From Solirubrobacterales bacterium (lineage in GTDB: Bacteria; Actinomycetota; Thermoleophilia; Solirubrobacterales; JACPNS01), in assembly GCA_049276635.1 (NCBI GenBank), contig JBASWU010000026.1, forward strand, positions 2,282 through 66,281: DNA of 64,000 nucleotides, written 5' to 3'. Below the pieces are notes generated by a model. It did no database searches, was not told where the DNA came from, and worked only from the letters and a program-made list of their open reading frames with translations. The position numbers were made by a program, and so were the translations under genes. This document shows positions 9,439 through 17,669 of this stretch, one piece after another. Positions within the stretch are counted from its first letter, which is position 1. Every line of letters starts with the position of its first letter.

Positions 9439-11721
9439 GTGCAGGCTTTCGCCCGTCGCGCTGGTAAATCATTCGTGATGCCCTCACTCAGAGCCGGCTC
9501 GCCGGATGTCGTCCGCAAACCGCGGCGCGCGGACCCACTGCTCGTGCTGATCTTTCTCGGCTGCGCTATCGGTGGCGCGCTGCTGCTTTCGCGCGCGCGG
9601 CAGTGGCTGATGATGACCGACGAGCTGTTGTACGTGGAGATCGCGCGCGGCATCGCCGGTAGCGGTCTGCCTTGGCCGACGGCGCGCGGTGAGCCGGTTG
9701 CCGTTTACCAGCTGCTCTACCCATTGGTGATCAGCCCGATCGTCGGACTGGTCGACATGCCGGGTGCCTACGGGGTGATCACGGCGTTCAACGCCGTGCT
9801 GATGGCCTCGGCGGTGTTTCCGGCCTATCTGCTGACGAACTTCGTCACCGCCAACCGGACCGCCGCGCGCTGGGTGGCCGCCTGCACCGGTGTCGCGCCG
9901 TGGCTGGCGATGGGCAGCAAGATCCTCACCGACGCGCTCGCTTACCCGGTGTTCATCTGGGCGATCTACGCGATCGTGCTGGCAGTGGCATCGCCGGGCC
10001 GCAGACGCGACGCCTGGGCGGTCGCGGCGGTCGTCGCGGCATTCCTGACGCGTAGTCACTTCATCGTCTTGTTGCCGGTGTTCGTCGGCGCGATCCTGCT
10101 GCGCTGTTGGATCGCGGCGATTACGGCGCCGGCGCCAAATCACGCTCGGCGGCTGAAGGCCCTCCCGCCGGCCACAAGGGTCGAGCTGCGGCGGCGCTGG
10201 CCGGTCATCGCGTTGTTCGTCGTCGTCTCGATGCTGATCGTCGTGGCGCCGCGATGGATCCTCGGGATCTACGGCACTACCGCCGACGGCACGCAGGGCG
10301 GCGTGCTGACGCCGAACCTGCTGCGTGCCTCGCTTGCGCACCTCGGGATCCTGGCGGTCGGGATCGGTCCGCTGGCAATCGCGTTGGCGTTGCCGTGGCT
10401 GGGCGCCGGGCTGGGCAGGACCGGCGACGAACGCCAGCACGCCGGAGCCGTGGTCATGGTGGTCGCGATCGTCGCGATGCTGCTGACGGCGGCGTCGTTC
10501 GACCAGCGCTTCACCTTCGCCGGGGAGATATTCGAGCGTTACGTCTTTTACATCGTTCCGCTGCTGCTGTGCGCAACCGCCGCCGGTTTGGCGCGGCCGG
10601 TCAAACACTGGGCAGCGTGGGCTCTTCCCGTGCTTGCCGGCGTACTCGTGATTGCCTCGGACGAACGCTTCGGGCTGGATATCCCGACGACGATCCGCTT
10701 CTCGATGTCGTTCAAGCCGGCCTCGATCTTCATGATCGAGCTGCAGAAGATCGTCGACGGTGTCGGATTACCGAACATCACGATCGCCCTGGCGATCCTC
10801 GCCGTGATCGGCGCGGTGGTCGCCTGGTGGCTGATCGCCGGCCAGCACCTCACCGCCGCGCTCAACGCGATCATGGGAGTGACGCTCGCCTTCACGCTCG
10901 CCTGCACGCTGTATGTGGTGCCGAAGGCGATCGACGCGCAGAACAGCGCCGGATACTTGGAGTTCGTCGCGCGTGACGCAAAGCGGGACTGGCTCGATCG
11001 TGCCGCCGGGACCGCAAGTGTCGCGCTGGTCGAAGGCTCGATCAACGAGCAGCGCAGCGAGCCGATCATCCCCAGCTACAACCAGCCGACCTCATGGTGG
11101 GATCTCGAGCTTTGGAACGATTCGATCGGCACCTACTACACACCGCGCGCCGCGACACTCGACGGCACGCTGCCGACGATGGAGCCGTATTACAAGCTTG
11201 GGCTCGACTTCGAATCCGGTGTGCTCGACACAGCCGGCGGCCGCGACGACAGCTGGCTCGTGATGTCGGCCAGCGACCCGCGTTTCGCGCCGTTCTCATT
11301 TCGACCGCCGGTTCACGGCGGACCGCTGGCGGCGTACGAGACCGGCCCGGATCCACGCGCGAGCTGGATGTCCCGCGGCCTCAGCGCGCACGGGCTGCTC
11401 GCCCGCGACGCCGAGGCGACAATCCGGGTGTTCAGCACGCCGCAACCGTCGCGCGCGGCGACGGGCCTGCTGGCGCTCAGGGTCGAGGCGTCGCCGCTGG
11501 TCAAAAATCTTCCGAACCCATTCACCAAGCGCGCGCGCGAGCGTTCTGTCGGGCCGGTGCGTGAGATCGTCACCAGGCTCTGCATCCCCGCTCGCGGGCA
11601 CACCGACGTCCGCTTCTCGGGCTCCGAGCTGGCTGACCGCGCGGGTGTCAACCTGCAAAAGGCCACACCGCGTGTGATCTCGTTGCGAGTCGACCGGTCG
11701 GCCGGCAACTGCACCAGATGA
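9439..11721 (+). CDS. Large GT-C-like membrane glycosyltransferase, paralogue A (MTDEL-Y family)
   Basis: 760 aa. The N-terminal roughly 450 aa are polytopic, with first-loop motif MMTDELLYVEIARGIAGSG (compare ArnT DExRYAE). It shares LYPLVISP, FPAYLL, TDALAYP and LTRSHF blocks with 22726..25083 and 27326..29548. The C-terminal roughly 300 aa are soluble and carry WWDLELWN. The start is uncertain (ATG 9439 or 9478). Confidence 0.6.
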   Translation: MQAFARRAGKSFVMPSLRAGSPDVVRKPRRADPLLVLIFLGCAIGGALLLSRARQWLMMTDELLYVEIARGIAGSGLPWPTARGEPVAVYQLLYPLVISPIVGLVDMPGAYGVITAFNAVLMASAVFPAYLLTNFVTANRTAARWVAACTGVAPWLAMGSKILTDALAYPVFIWAIYAIVLAVASPGRRRDAWAVAAVVAAFLTRSHFIVLLPVFVGAILLRCWIAAITAPAPNHARRLKALPPATRVELRRRWPVIALFVVVSMLIVVAPRWILGIYGTTADGTQGGVLTPNLLRASLAHLGILAVGIGPLAIALALPWLGAGLGRTGDERQHAGAVVMVVAIVAMLLTAASFDQRFTFAGEIFERYVFYIVPLLLCATAAGLARPVKHWAAWALPVLAGVLVIASDERFGLDIPTTIRFSMSFKPASIFMIELQKIVDGVGLPNITIALAILAVIGAVVAWWLIAGQHLTAALNAIMGVTLAFTLACTLYVVPKAIDAQNSAGYLEFVARDAKRDWLDRAAGTASVALVEGSINEQRSEPIIPSYNQPTSWWDLELWNDSIGTYYTPRAATLDGTLPTMEPYYKLGLDFESGVLDTAGGRDDSWLVMSASDPRFAPFSFRPPVHGGPLAAYETGPDPRASWMSRGLSAHGLLARDAEATIRVFSTPQPSRAATGLLALRVEASPLVKNLPNPFTKRARERSVGPVREIVTRLCIPARGHTDVRFSGSELADRAGVNLQKATPRVISLRVDRSAGNCTR

Positions 11722-13250
11722 CCTCGACCCCCGATCACACGGCCACATCGCCCGAGCTTCGGGACCAGACCGCGTCGGTCGGCCGCGGCGTCGCTTCACT
11801 GTCGCTCGGGCAGGCCGTCTTGATGCTGATGGGCGGCGCGCTGGCGCTGTTGATGACCCAGTTCTTCGGCAAAGACGACCGAACCGACGCGTTTTTCGCC
11901 GCGTACGGGTTCTACGGAGTGGCCGTCGCCTTCGCCCAGTCGCTGCGGCTGACGGCACTACCGAGGCTGATCGGACTCGACGGCGAGTCGCAGGCCTCAC
12001 GGCTGCTCTCGGCGACGATCGTGATCGGAGGCCTGGCGGCTATTCCGATGATCGCGCTCGCCGGACCGCTGGGTGAGTTGATCGTCGACGGTGACCCGAC
12101 CGGGCGCGCCGCGACCACGCTACGCGAGCTATGGCCGACGCTCGCCCTGCAACTGCTCGCCGGAATGTTCATCGCGATCCTCGTCGTCCGTCACGTCTAC
12201 GTCGTCGTCGGCGCGCTGTTCGCGATCGCGAGCGCGATCAGCATCCTCGGATTCGTTCTGCTCGAGCCCGAACTCGGGCTCTCGGCCGTGACGGTCGGAT
12301 TGGCGATGTCGGCGTTGCTGCTGGCCGTCGGACTCGGGGCTGCCCTGCTTCGGTCAGGCTGGCGGTTCGACTGGACCACGCTGCCGCACCCACGGCGGAT
12401 CATCGCCGACGGCCTCTGGCTGACGGTCGCCTCAGCCAGTGCGATCGTGCTTAACGCCGGTTACCTGATCTGCGTCGCCGTCGCCTCCCGCGAGGGAACC
12501 GGGGTGGCGACCGACTACGCCTACGCGTTCTTCATAATTATTTTCCTGCTGGCGACGACCGCGATGCCGGCCGCGATGGTGCGAGCGCCGCGGCTGCTCA
12601 ACCGCAAGGGCGACGCCGGGTTGACCCCCGAAGACGTGATCGCCGACCTGCGCCAGACGCTCGTGATGCTGATTCCGGCGATCGGCGTGATCGCGGTCGC
12701 CGGCGTCAGCGGCATCGACATGCTGGTCGGATCGTTCTTCTCGCGCGAGGATTCCGAGCTGATCGTCGAGCTCGTGCTGGCGCTGGGACCTTGGCTGTTC
12801 GCCTCGGCGGCCGGCGTGATGGTCGTGCTGGAAATGCTCAATCGCGGTCTGGCGCGGCGGCTTTCGGCGATTGCTCTGGTGCATGTGCTGGCGCTGCTCG
12901 CCTGCTCTGTCGTCGGCGTGACGCTGCTGGGCGCCATCGGCGTGGCGATCGGGCAATCGGTCGCGATGGTCGTCGCGACGCTGATCCAGCTGCGGATCAC
13001 GTTCGCCGATCGCTTCGCCGGCGTCGTCGCGTCGCTGCTGCGCGAGGCGGCGATCGCGTCGGCCGTCTTCGCCGTCGCCTTCGGCGCGGCGAGTGTGCTT
13101 GTGCTCGCCCTGTCGGGCGGATTAGCGGCCGCCGGCGGCGCGTCCGCGGCCGGGTTGGCGGTCTTCGCGCTGCTCGCCCGGATCGCCTACGGCCGTGAGA
13201 TACACGCGCTGTTGGCCCTGGCCGCGAGCTTTCGCGGCGGTGCGCGATAG
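11718..13250 (+). CDS. MurJ/MviN-like MOP-superfamily lipid-linked glycan flippase, paralogue 1
   Basis: 510 aa polytopic protein. The N-terminal signature FFGKDDRTDAFFAAYGFYGVAVAFAQSLRLTALPRL resembles the MurJ start. ATGA overlap with the preceding gene. Confidence 0.65.
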   Translation: MTSTPDHTATSPELRDQTASVGRGVASLSLGQAVLMLMGGALALLMTQFFGKDDRTDAFFAAYGFYGVAVAFAQSLRLTALPRLIGLDGESQASRLLSATIVIGGLAAIPMIALAGPLGELIVDGDPTGRAATTLRELWPTLALQLLAGMFIAILVVRHVYVVVGALFAIASAISILGFVLLEPELGLSAVTVGLAMSALLLAVGLGAALLRSGWRFDWTTLPHPRRIIADGLWLTVASASAIVLNAGYLICVAVASREGTGVATDYAYAFFIIIFLLATTAMPAAMVRAPRLLNRKGDAGLTPEDVIADLRQTLVMLIPAIGVIAVAGVSGIDMLVGSFFSREDSELIVELVLALGPWLFASAAGVMVVLEMLNRGLARRLSAIALVHVLALLACSVVGVTLLGAIGVAIGQSVAMVVATLIQLRITFADRFAGVVASLLREAAIASAVFAVAFGAASVLVLALSGGLAAAGGASAAGLAVFALLARIAYGREIHALLALAASFRGGAR

Positions 13251-14613
13251 CCACGCCGGCGCGGCCGCGCCGGGCGCCGAACAAGGCGCGGTCGCCGGGC
13301 CGAGCCGGGCTAGACTGAAGCGCGCCTTGGCCAACCAGACCACATTGAACGATCCGTTCGCCGCGAAGCGGGACCAGCTACGCGCTGAAATCCACAGCCT
13401 GGTGGCCCGGCACTTCGAGTTGCTGCCCGATCCGCCGGCCGACGAGTGCCCGCTGTCAATGCCGCTCTACGGAGCCCAGGAGGTCGGCGGCGCGATCGAT
13501 TCGCTGCTTGAGCAGCGCGTCACGATGGGCGAGAAGGTGCGTGCCTTCGAGCGGCAGTTCGCCGAGTTCATGGGCTCGAAGTTCGCGGTGATGGTCAACA
13601 GCGGCTCCTCGGCCAACCTGCTCGCGCTCTCGGTGCTCTGCGAGCGAGCGGTCGAGAACGGCCTGCGCCCCGGCGACGAGGTGATCGTTCCGGCGGTCAC
13701 TTGGTCCACGACGATCGCGCCGATCCTGCAGCTCGGATGCATCCCGGTGCTCGTCGACATCGACGAGGAGACGCTGAACATGCGCCCCGAGTCGGTCGAG
13801 GCTGCACTGACCGAGCGCACGCGAGCGATCATGCCGGTCCACCTGCTCGGCAACCCGGTCGACATGGCGCCGCTGATGGAGATCGCCGACCGCCACGACA
13901 TGTGGGTGATCGAGGACACCTGTGAGTCGCTCGGCAGCGAGATCGCCGGAAAAAAGGTCGGATCCTTCGGCCACTTTGGCACATTCAGCTTTTACTTCTC
14001 TCACCACATCACCACGATCGAGGGCGGGATGGTCGTAACCGACGATCAGCAGCTCGTCGACCTCGCGCGCTCGTTGCGCGCCCACGGGTGGTCGCGCGAC
14101 ATGTCCACCCGGGCCGAGCTGGAGGCGCAGAACCCGCACATCGATCCATACTTCCTGTTCGTCAACGTCGGCTACAACTTACGGCCGACCGAGCTACAGG
14201 CGGCCTTCGGCCAGGTCCAGCTTGACCGGCTCGACGAGTTCAATGAGTCGCGCCGCCATAACGCCCGCGTCCTAGCCGAAGCGCTGGCCGGTTACAGCGA
14301 CCGCATGCGCCTGGTCTCCGAGCAGGAAGGCGGCCGCAGCACCTGGTTCGGCTTCTCGGTGATCACCGAGGACGCCGCGACCCGCGCCGCGCTGCGCGAC
14401 CACCTCGAGGCACGCAATATCGCCACGCGCCCGATCGTCGCGGGCAACCTCGCGGTGCAGCCGGCCTTCCGTGACAACCCTCACCGCGTCGTCGGGGATC
14501 TCGCGACCGCGACGTCGATCGGTGAGCGCGGGCTGTTCATCGGCAACCACCCAAACCTTACGGCCGACCACCTGCGGCACATCGTCACGGCCTTCGACGA
14601 CTTCTTCGGTTAA
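13195..14613 (+). CDS. DegT/DnrJ/EryC1-family PLP/PMP enzyme of the sugar 3-dehydratase type (ColD/E1-like, His in place of the Schiff-base Lys)
   Basis: Blocks: VMVNSGSSANLLAL, DEVIVPAVTWSTT, WVIEDTCESLGS. The active-site block is SFYFSHHITTIEGG, where aminotransferases have SFxxxKxxxxxEGG; the His codon is at 14002-14004. Other blocks are RAHGWSRD, TWFGFSV, RPIVAGNL and GLFIGNH. There is no Cys cluster for an E1-type 2Fe-2S centre. The start is uncertain: ATG 13195 overlaps the upstream gene by 56 nt, and in-frame TTG 13345 is an alternative. Confidence 0.7.
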   Translation: MRYTRCWPWPRAFAAVRDSHAGAAAPGAEQGAVAGPSRARLKRALANQTTLNDPFAAKRDQLRAEIHSLVARHFELLPDPPADECPLSMPLYGAQEVGGAIDSLLEQRVTMGEKVRAFERQFAEFMGSKFAVMVNSGSSANLLALSVLCERAVENGLRPGDEVIVPAVTWSTTIAPILQLGCIPVLVDIDEETLNMRPESVEAALTERTRAIMPVHLLGNPVDMAPLMEIADRHDMWVIEDTCESLGSEIAGKKVGSFGHFGTFSFYFSHHITTIEGGMVVTDDQQLVDLARSLRAHGWSRDMSTRAELEAQNPHIDPYFLFVNVGYNLRPTELQAAFGQVQLDRLDEFNESRRHNARVLAEALAGYSDRMRLVSEQEGGRSTWFGFSVITEDAATRAALRDHLEARNIATRPIVAGNLAVQPAFRDNPHRVVGDLATATSIGERGLFIGNHPNLTADHLRHIVTAFDDFFG

Positions 14614-14654
14614 GTGCCTATCCCGGCAGGGACTGAGCCGAAGCGACTCCGCGT

Positions 14655-15920
14655 ATGAACAGCGGACGTCCCGCCCGCACCGGCCGGACCGGACCGGTGA
14701 TCTGGTGCCACAGTCATTTCCTGCTGCCGACCGGCGGCACGAAGTACGTCTACGAGGTGGTGCGCAGGATCAAGCGCGACCGGCCGATCGAGGTCGTCGT
14801 CGAACGCGCGTCCGAGTACTGGCGCGAGCGCTACACGCAGGCCGGCGTGCCACTGCACGAGATCTCCGGCCTGACCTCGACGAGCAAGCGCTACTGGCTG
14901 GAGTTTCCCCGGCAGCTGCGCCACGCGGGGTCGGAGGTCGCGCGGCTCGCCGACGAACTCGACGCCGGCCACCTCGCGTCGAGCTTCTTTCCGTTCAACC
15001 GGGTCTGCGGCGAAGTCGCGTCCAAGCGCGGGCTGCGCCACACCCACCTCTGCTTCGAGCCGTTTCCGTTCTTTCACGACCGTGAGGTCCAAGGGATGTA
15101 CCCACCGGCGCAGCGCACACTGATGCGCGCGCTCGGCGCGCTCTACGGCCGGATCGACCGCGCCGGCGTGCGCTCAGCCGACGAACTGCTGACGCTCAAC
15201 GAGATCACACGTGACGCGATCGAGCGGACCTACGGCCGCACCGACGCCGTCCCGGTCTACACCGGTATCGACCACGATCACTTCCGCCCCTTCTCTGACG
15301 CGGAGCTTACCGACCTGCGCGAACGGCACGGCAGCGGGGTGTTCGCCGTCCACTCGACCGACTTCTCGCCGATCAAGCGCACAGACCTTGCGCTCGAGGC
15401 ATTCGCGGTCGCGGCGCGATCGGTCGACGCGAAACTGTTGATCACCAGCACGATCGACGACCCGAGTTCGCTCGGCGCGCTGATCAAGCGCGCCGGCGAG
15501 CTCGGTGTCGCCGACCGCATCGAGTACCTCGGGTTCGTCGACTACGACGACCTGCCGCGCTACTACGCGCTGGCGAGCGTTCTGGTGCAAACGGGCACCT
15601 CGGTCAACTCCGGCGCGACATCGATGTCGCTGCCGGTGAAGGAGGCGCTGGCATGCTCGACGGCCGTGATTCGCTCGCGCGCGACCGGCGAGGACGTCGA
15701 GGACGGCGTCAGCGGCTACCTGGTCGATCCGGCCGACAGCGAAGCTACGGGCGCCCGAATGGCCGAACTGCTGCGCGAGCCGGAACTCGCAACATCATTC
15801 GGGGCGGCCGGGCACGCGCGCATGCTTGAACTCTACAGCTGGGAGCATGTCGTGGCTGCCTTCCTGCGCGCGTTTGACGGTGTCGGCCCGGGCGACTCCG
15901 TATCGTCGGGACCGAGGTGA
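14655..15920 (+). CDS. GT-B fold glycosyltransferase (GT4 / group 1)
   Basis: 421 aa. C-terminal EX7E-type block PVKEALACSTAVIRSRATGEDVEDGVSGYLVDP and N-terminal GGTKYVYEV. Confidence 0.8.
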   Translation: MNSGRPARTGRTGPVIWCHSHFLLPTGGTKYVYEVVRRIKRDRPIEVVVERASEYWRERYTQAGVPLHEISGLTSTSKRYWLEFPRQLRHAGSEVARLADELDAGHLASSFFPFNRVCGEVASKRGLRHTHLCFEPFPFFHDREVQGMYPPAQRTLMRALGALYGRIDRAGVRSADELLTLNEITRDAIERTYGRTDAVPVYTGIDHDHFRPFSDAELTDLRERHGSGVFAVHSTDFSPIKRTDLALEAFAVAARSVDAKLLITSTIDDPSSLGALIKRAGELGVADRIEYLGFVDYDDLPRYYALASVLVQTGTSVNSGATSMSLPVKEALACSTAVIRSRATGEDVEDGVSGYLVDPADSEATGARMAELLREPELATSFGAAGHARMLELYSWEHVVAAFLRAFDGVGPGDSVSSGPR

Positions 15921-16864
15921 ACGATCAAACGGCGAAACGCGCGCTGATCACCGGTGTCTCGGGGTTCGCCGGCCGACATCTGGCCGAGCTGCTGGTGCAA
16001 AACGGCTGGGCGGTCAGCGGCACGACGAACACGCGTAGCTGCGATGTCGCGGGCGTCACCTCGCACGCGCTGCAGATCGACGACGTCGCCGCGCTCGGCG
16101 CCTTGATCGGGTCGGTCGAACCGGACGTCGTTTTTCACCTCGCGGCGATCGTCGACACCGTGCGGACGCCGAGCATCATGGAGCTGCACCGCGTGAACAC
16201 GATGGGCACCGTCGCCGTGACCGAGGCGATCGCCGAGAGCGGCTCGCGCGCGCGGCTGGTCTTCGCGAGTTCCTCGTTCGCCTACGGGCGCGTCGGCGAG
16301 AACTCGGCGGCGATCCCCGAGTCGACCGAGCTCCGGCCGGTCACCGCGTACGGTGCGAGCAAGGCCGCCGCCGAGCAGATCGTCTGGCAGCACGCGCGGC
16401 TGCGCGATGCCGACGTCGTCGTGACGCGCGCCTTTCAACACACGGGACCGGGACACACCGGCGCCTACGCGCTGGCCGACTGGGGCCGGCAGCTCGCCGA
16501 AATCGAGCAGCGCGGCGAACACGGCGCGATCGCGACCGGCAACCTCGCCGTCGAACGTGACTATCTGGACGTGCGCGATGTCGCGGCCGCCTACCTCGCC
16601 GTCGCCGAGCGCGGCCACCGTGGCGGGACCTACAACGTCTGCAGCGGGGAGCCGCTGGCAATGGAGGTTCTACTGCGCGGCCTGATCGCAAGCTTCGGGA
16701 TCGAGGTCGAAATCGAGACCGACGCCCGACGCCTGCGTAAGGTCGATCAGCCGGTCTTCGCCGGCGATCCGCGCAGGCTGTCGAACGACACCGGATGGCG
16801 GCGGCGAGTCACGCTCGAAGATACGCTCGACGCGCTTGCGTCGTACTGGCGCGCCCGGACTTGA
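15917..16864 (+). CDS. Extended SDR, GDP-4-keto-6-deoxy-D-mannose reductase (Rmd)-like
   Basis: ALITGVSGFAGRHLAELL, YGASKAAAE, RAFQHTGPGH, GNLAVERDYLDVRDVAAAYL and YNVCSG follow the Rmd pattern as I recall it from Pseudomonas Rmd. GTGA overlap with the GT4 gene. Confidence 0.65.
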   Translation: MNDQTAKRALITGVSGFAGRHLAELLVQNGWAVSGTTNTRSCDVAGVTSHALQIDDVAALGALIGSVEPDVVFHLAAIVDTVRTPSIMELHRVNTMGTVAVTEAIAESGSRARLVFASSSFAYGRVGENSAAIPESTELRPVTAYGASKAAAEQIVWQHARLRDADVVVTRAFQHTGPGHTGAYALADWGRQLAEIEQRGEHGAIATGNLAVERDYLDVRDVAAAYLAVAERGHRGGTYNVCSGEPLAMEVLLRGLIASFGIEVEIETDARRLRKVDQPVFAGDPRRLSNDTGWRRRVTLEDTLDALASYWRART

Positions 16865-17100
16865 ATTGCACGTTCTACGACGAACGTCCATCTTGCTTGC
16901 ACCCCGGGCCGGGCCGGTCTACGTTGATCGTGAAGTTGATTCGGGCAACGATCTCTAGGCGGCGTGCCGCCAGGGAGTTAACCCCGAACCAACCTCGCTA
17001 GACCCTGATCGGGTCAATCGCGAACTTCCGGCACCCGTTCTCTGAGCTGCTCGGGAGCTGGATCGCAATCCTCGACTGCGGAGGCCGAGGATTGCGGGAA

Positions 17101-17129
17101 GAGCCGGCTATACGCCGGCTCTTTCTATT
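17101..17129 (+). terminator. Rho-independent terminator (possibly bidirectional)
   Basis: GAGCCGGC-TATAC-GCCGGCTC followed by TTTCTATT. It lies 15 nt from the stop of the minus-strand cupin gene and 237 nt after the plus-strand Rmd-like gene. Confidence 0.55.
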
Positions 17130-17143
17130 GGCGGCATGGCGCG

Positions 17144-17563
17144 TCAGCGGCCTGCGGTGATGCGAGTGTCGCCTTCGCGGATGTTGCCGTCGCGCCCGAC
17201 GTAGCCCCCGTGAGCGCCGACGATTACATAGACGGCATCGGTGTCGCCGACGTTTTTGAGCGATCGGTGGGTTTGAGCGTCGACCCGCAGCACGCCCCCC
17301 GGCCCGAGCGTGACGGTGTGCTCGTCGTTTTCGCCGAGCGTCCAGCGAACAAGGCCCTGATGCACGAAGTAGACCTCCTCCTGGCGATCGTGCCAGTGCG
17401 CGCCGGTCTCGATCCCAGGGGGCATAACAATCGCATTAATACCCAGCTCCTTAACGCCGAGCGCCGTGCGGATCTTGCGAAATCCAGGACCATCGCCGAT
17501 GTCGCCCAAACTGGCCGCCGCGTAGCCCTCGCCAACGATGACTCCTGCGTTCTGATCGCTCAC
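17144..17563 (-). CDS. Small metal-binding cupin-domain protein
   Basis: Cupin motif 1 GAHWHDRQEEVYFVHQG and motif 2 GPGGVLRVDAQTHRSLKN. Start set to GTG 17563, which is preceded by GGGAG. The longer ORF up to 17815 overlaps the divergent flippase gene and looks non-coding. Confidence 0.7.
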   Translation of the reverse strand: MSDQNAGVIVGEGYAAASLGDIGDGPGFRKIRTALGVKELGINAIVMPPGIETGAHWHDRQEEVYFVHQGLVRWTLGENDEHTVTLGPGGVLRVDAQTHRSLKNVGDTDAVYVIVGAHGGYVGRDGNIREGDTRITAGR

Positions 17564-17669
17564 TTCAAATCTCCCTGCCGTTATTGATACCCGACCACAA
17601 CCGCCCACACTACCCGGCCGGTCGCTCACGTCGCATCTCGACTGCGACAATACGGGCGAGCCGCCGCCA

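Noticed and set aside
17144-17563. The small cupin as the missing dTDP-4-dehydrorhamnose 3,5-epimerase (RmlC)
   Set aside because: It is too short (139 aa versus about 180-200 aa). It has the metal-binding HxH...E...H cupin motifs, which RmlC lacks, and none of the RmlC catalytic His/Tyr context I can recognise. A sugar-phosphate isomerase-like or unrelated role is equally possible.
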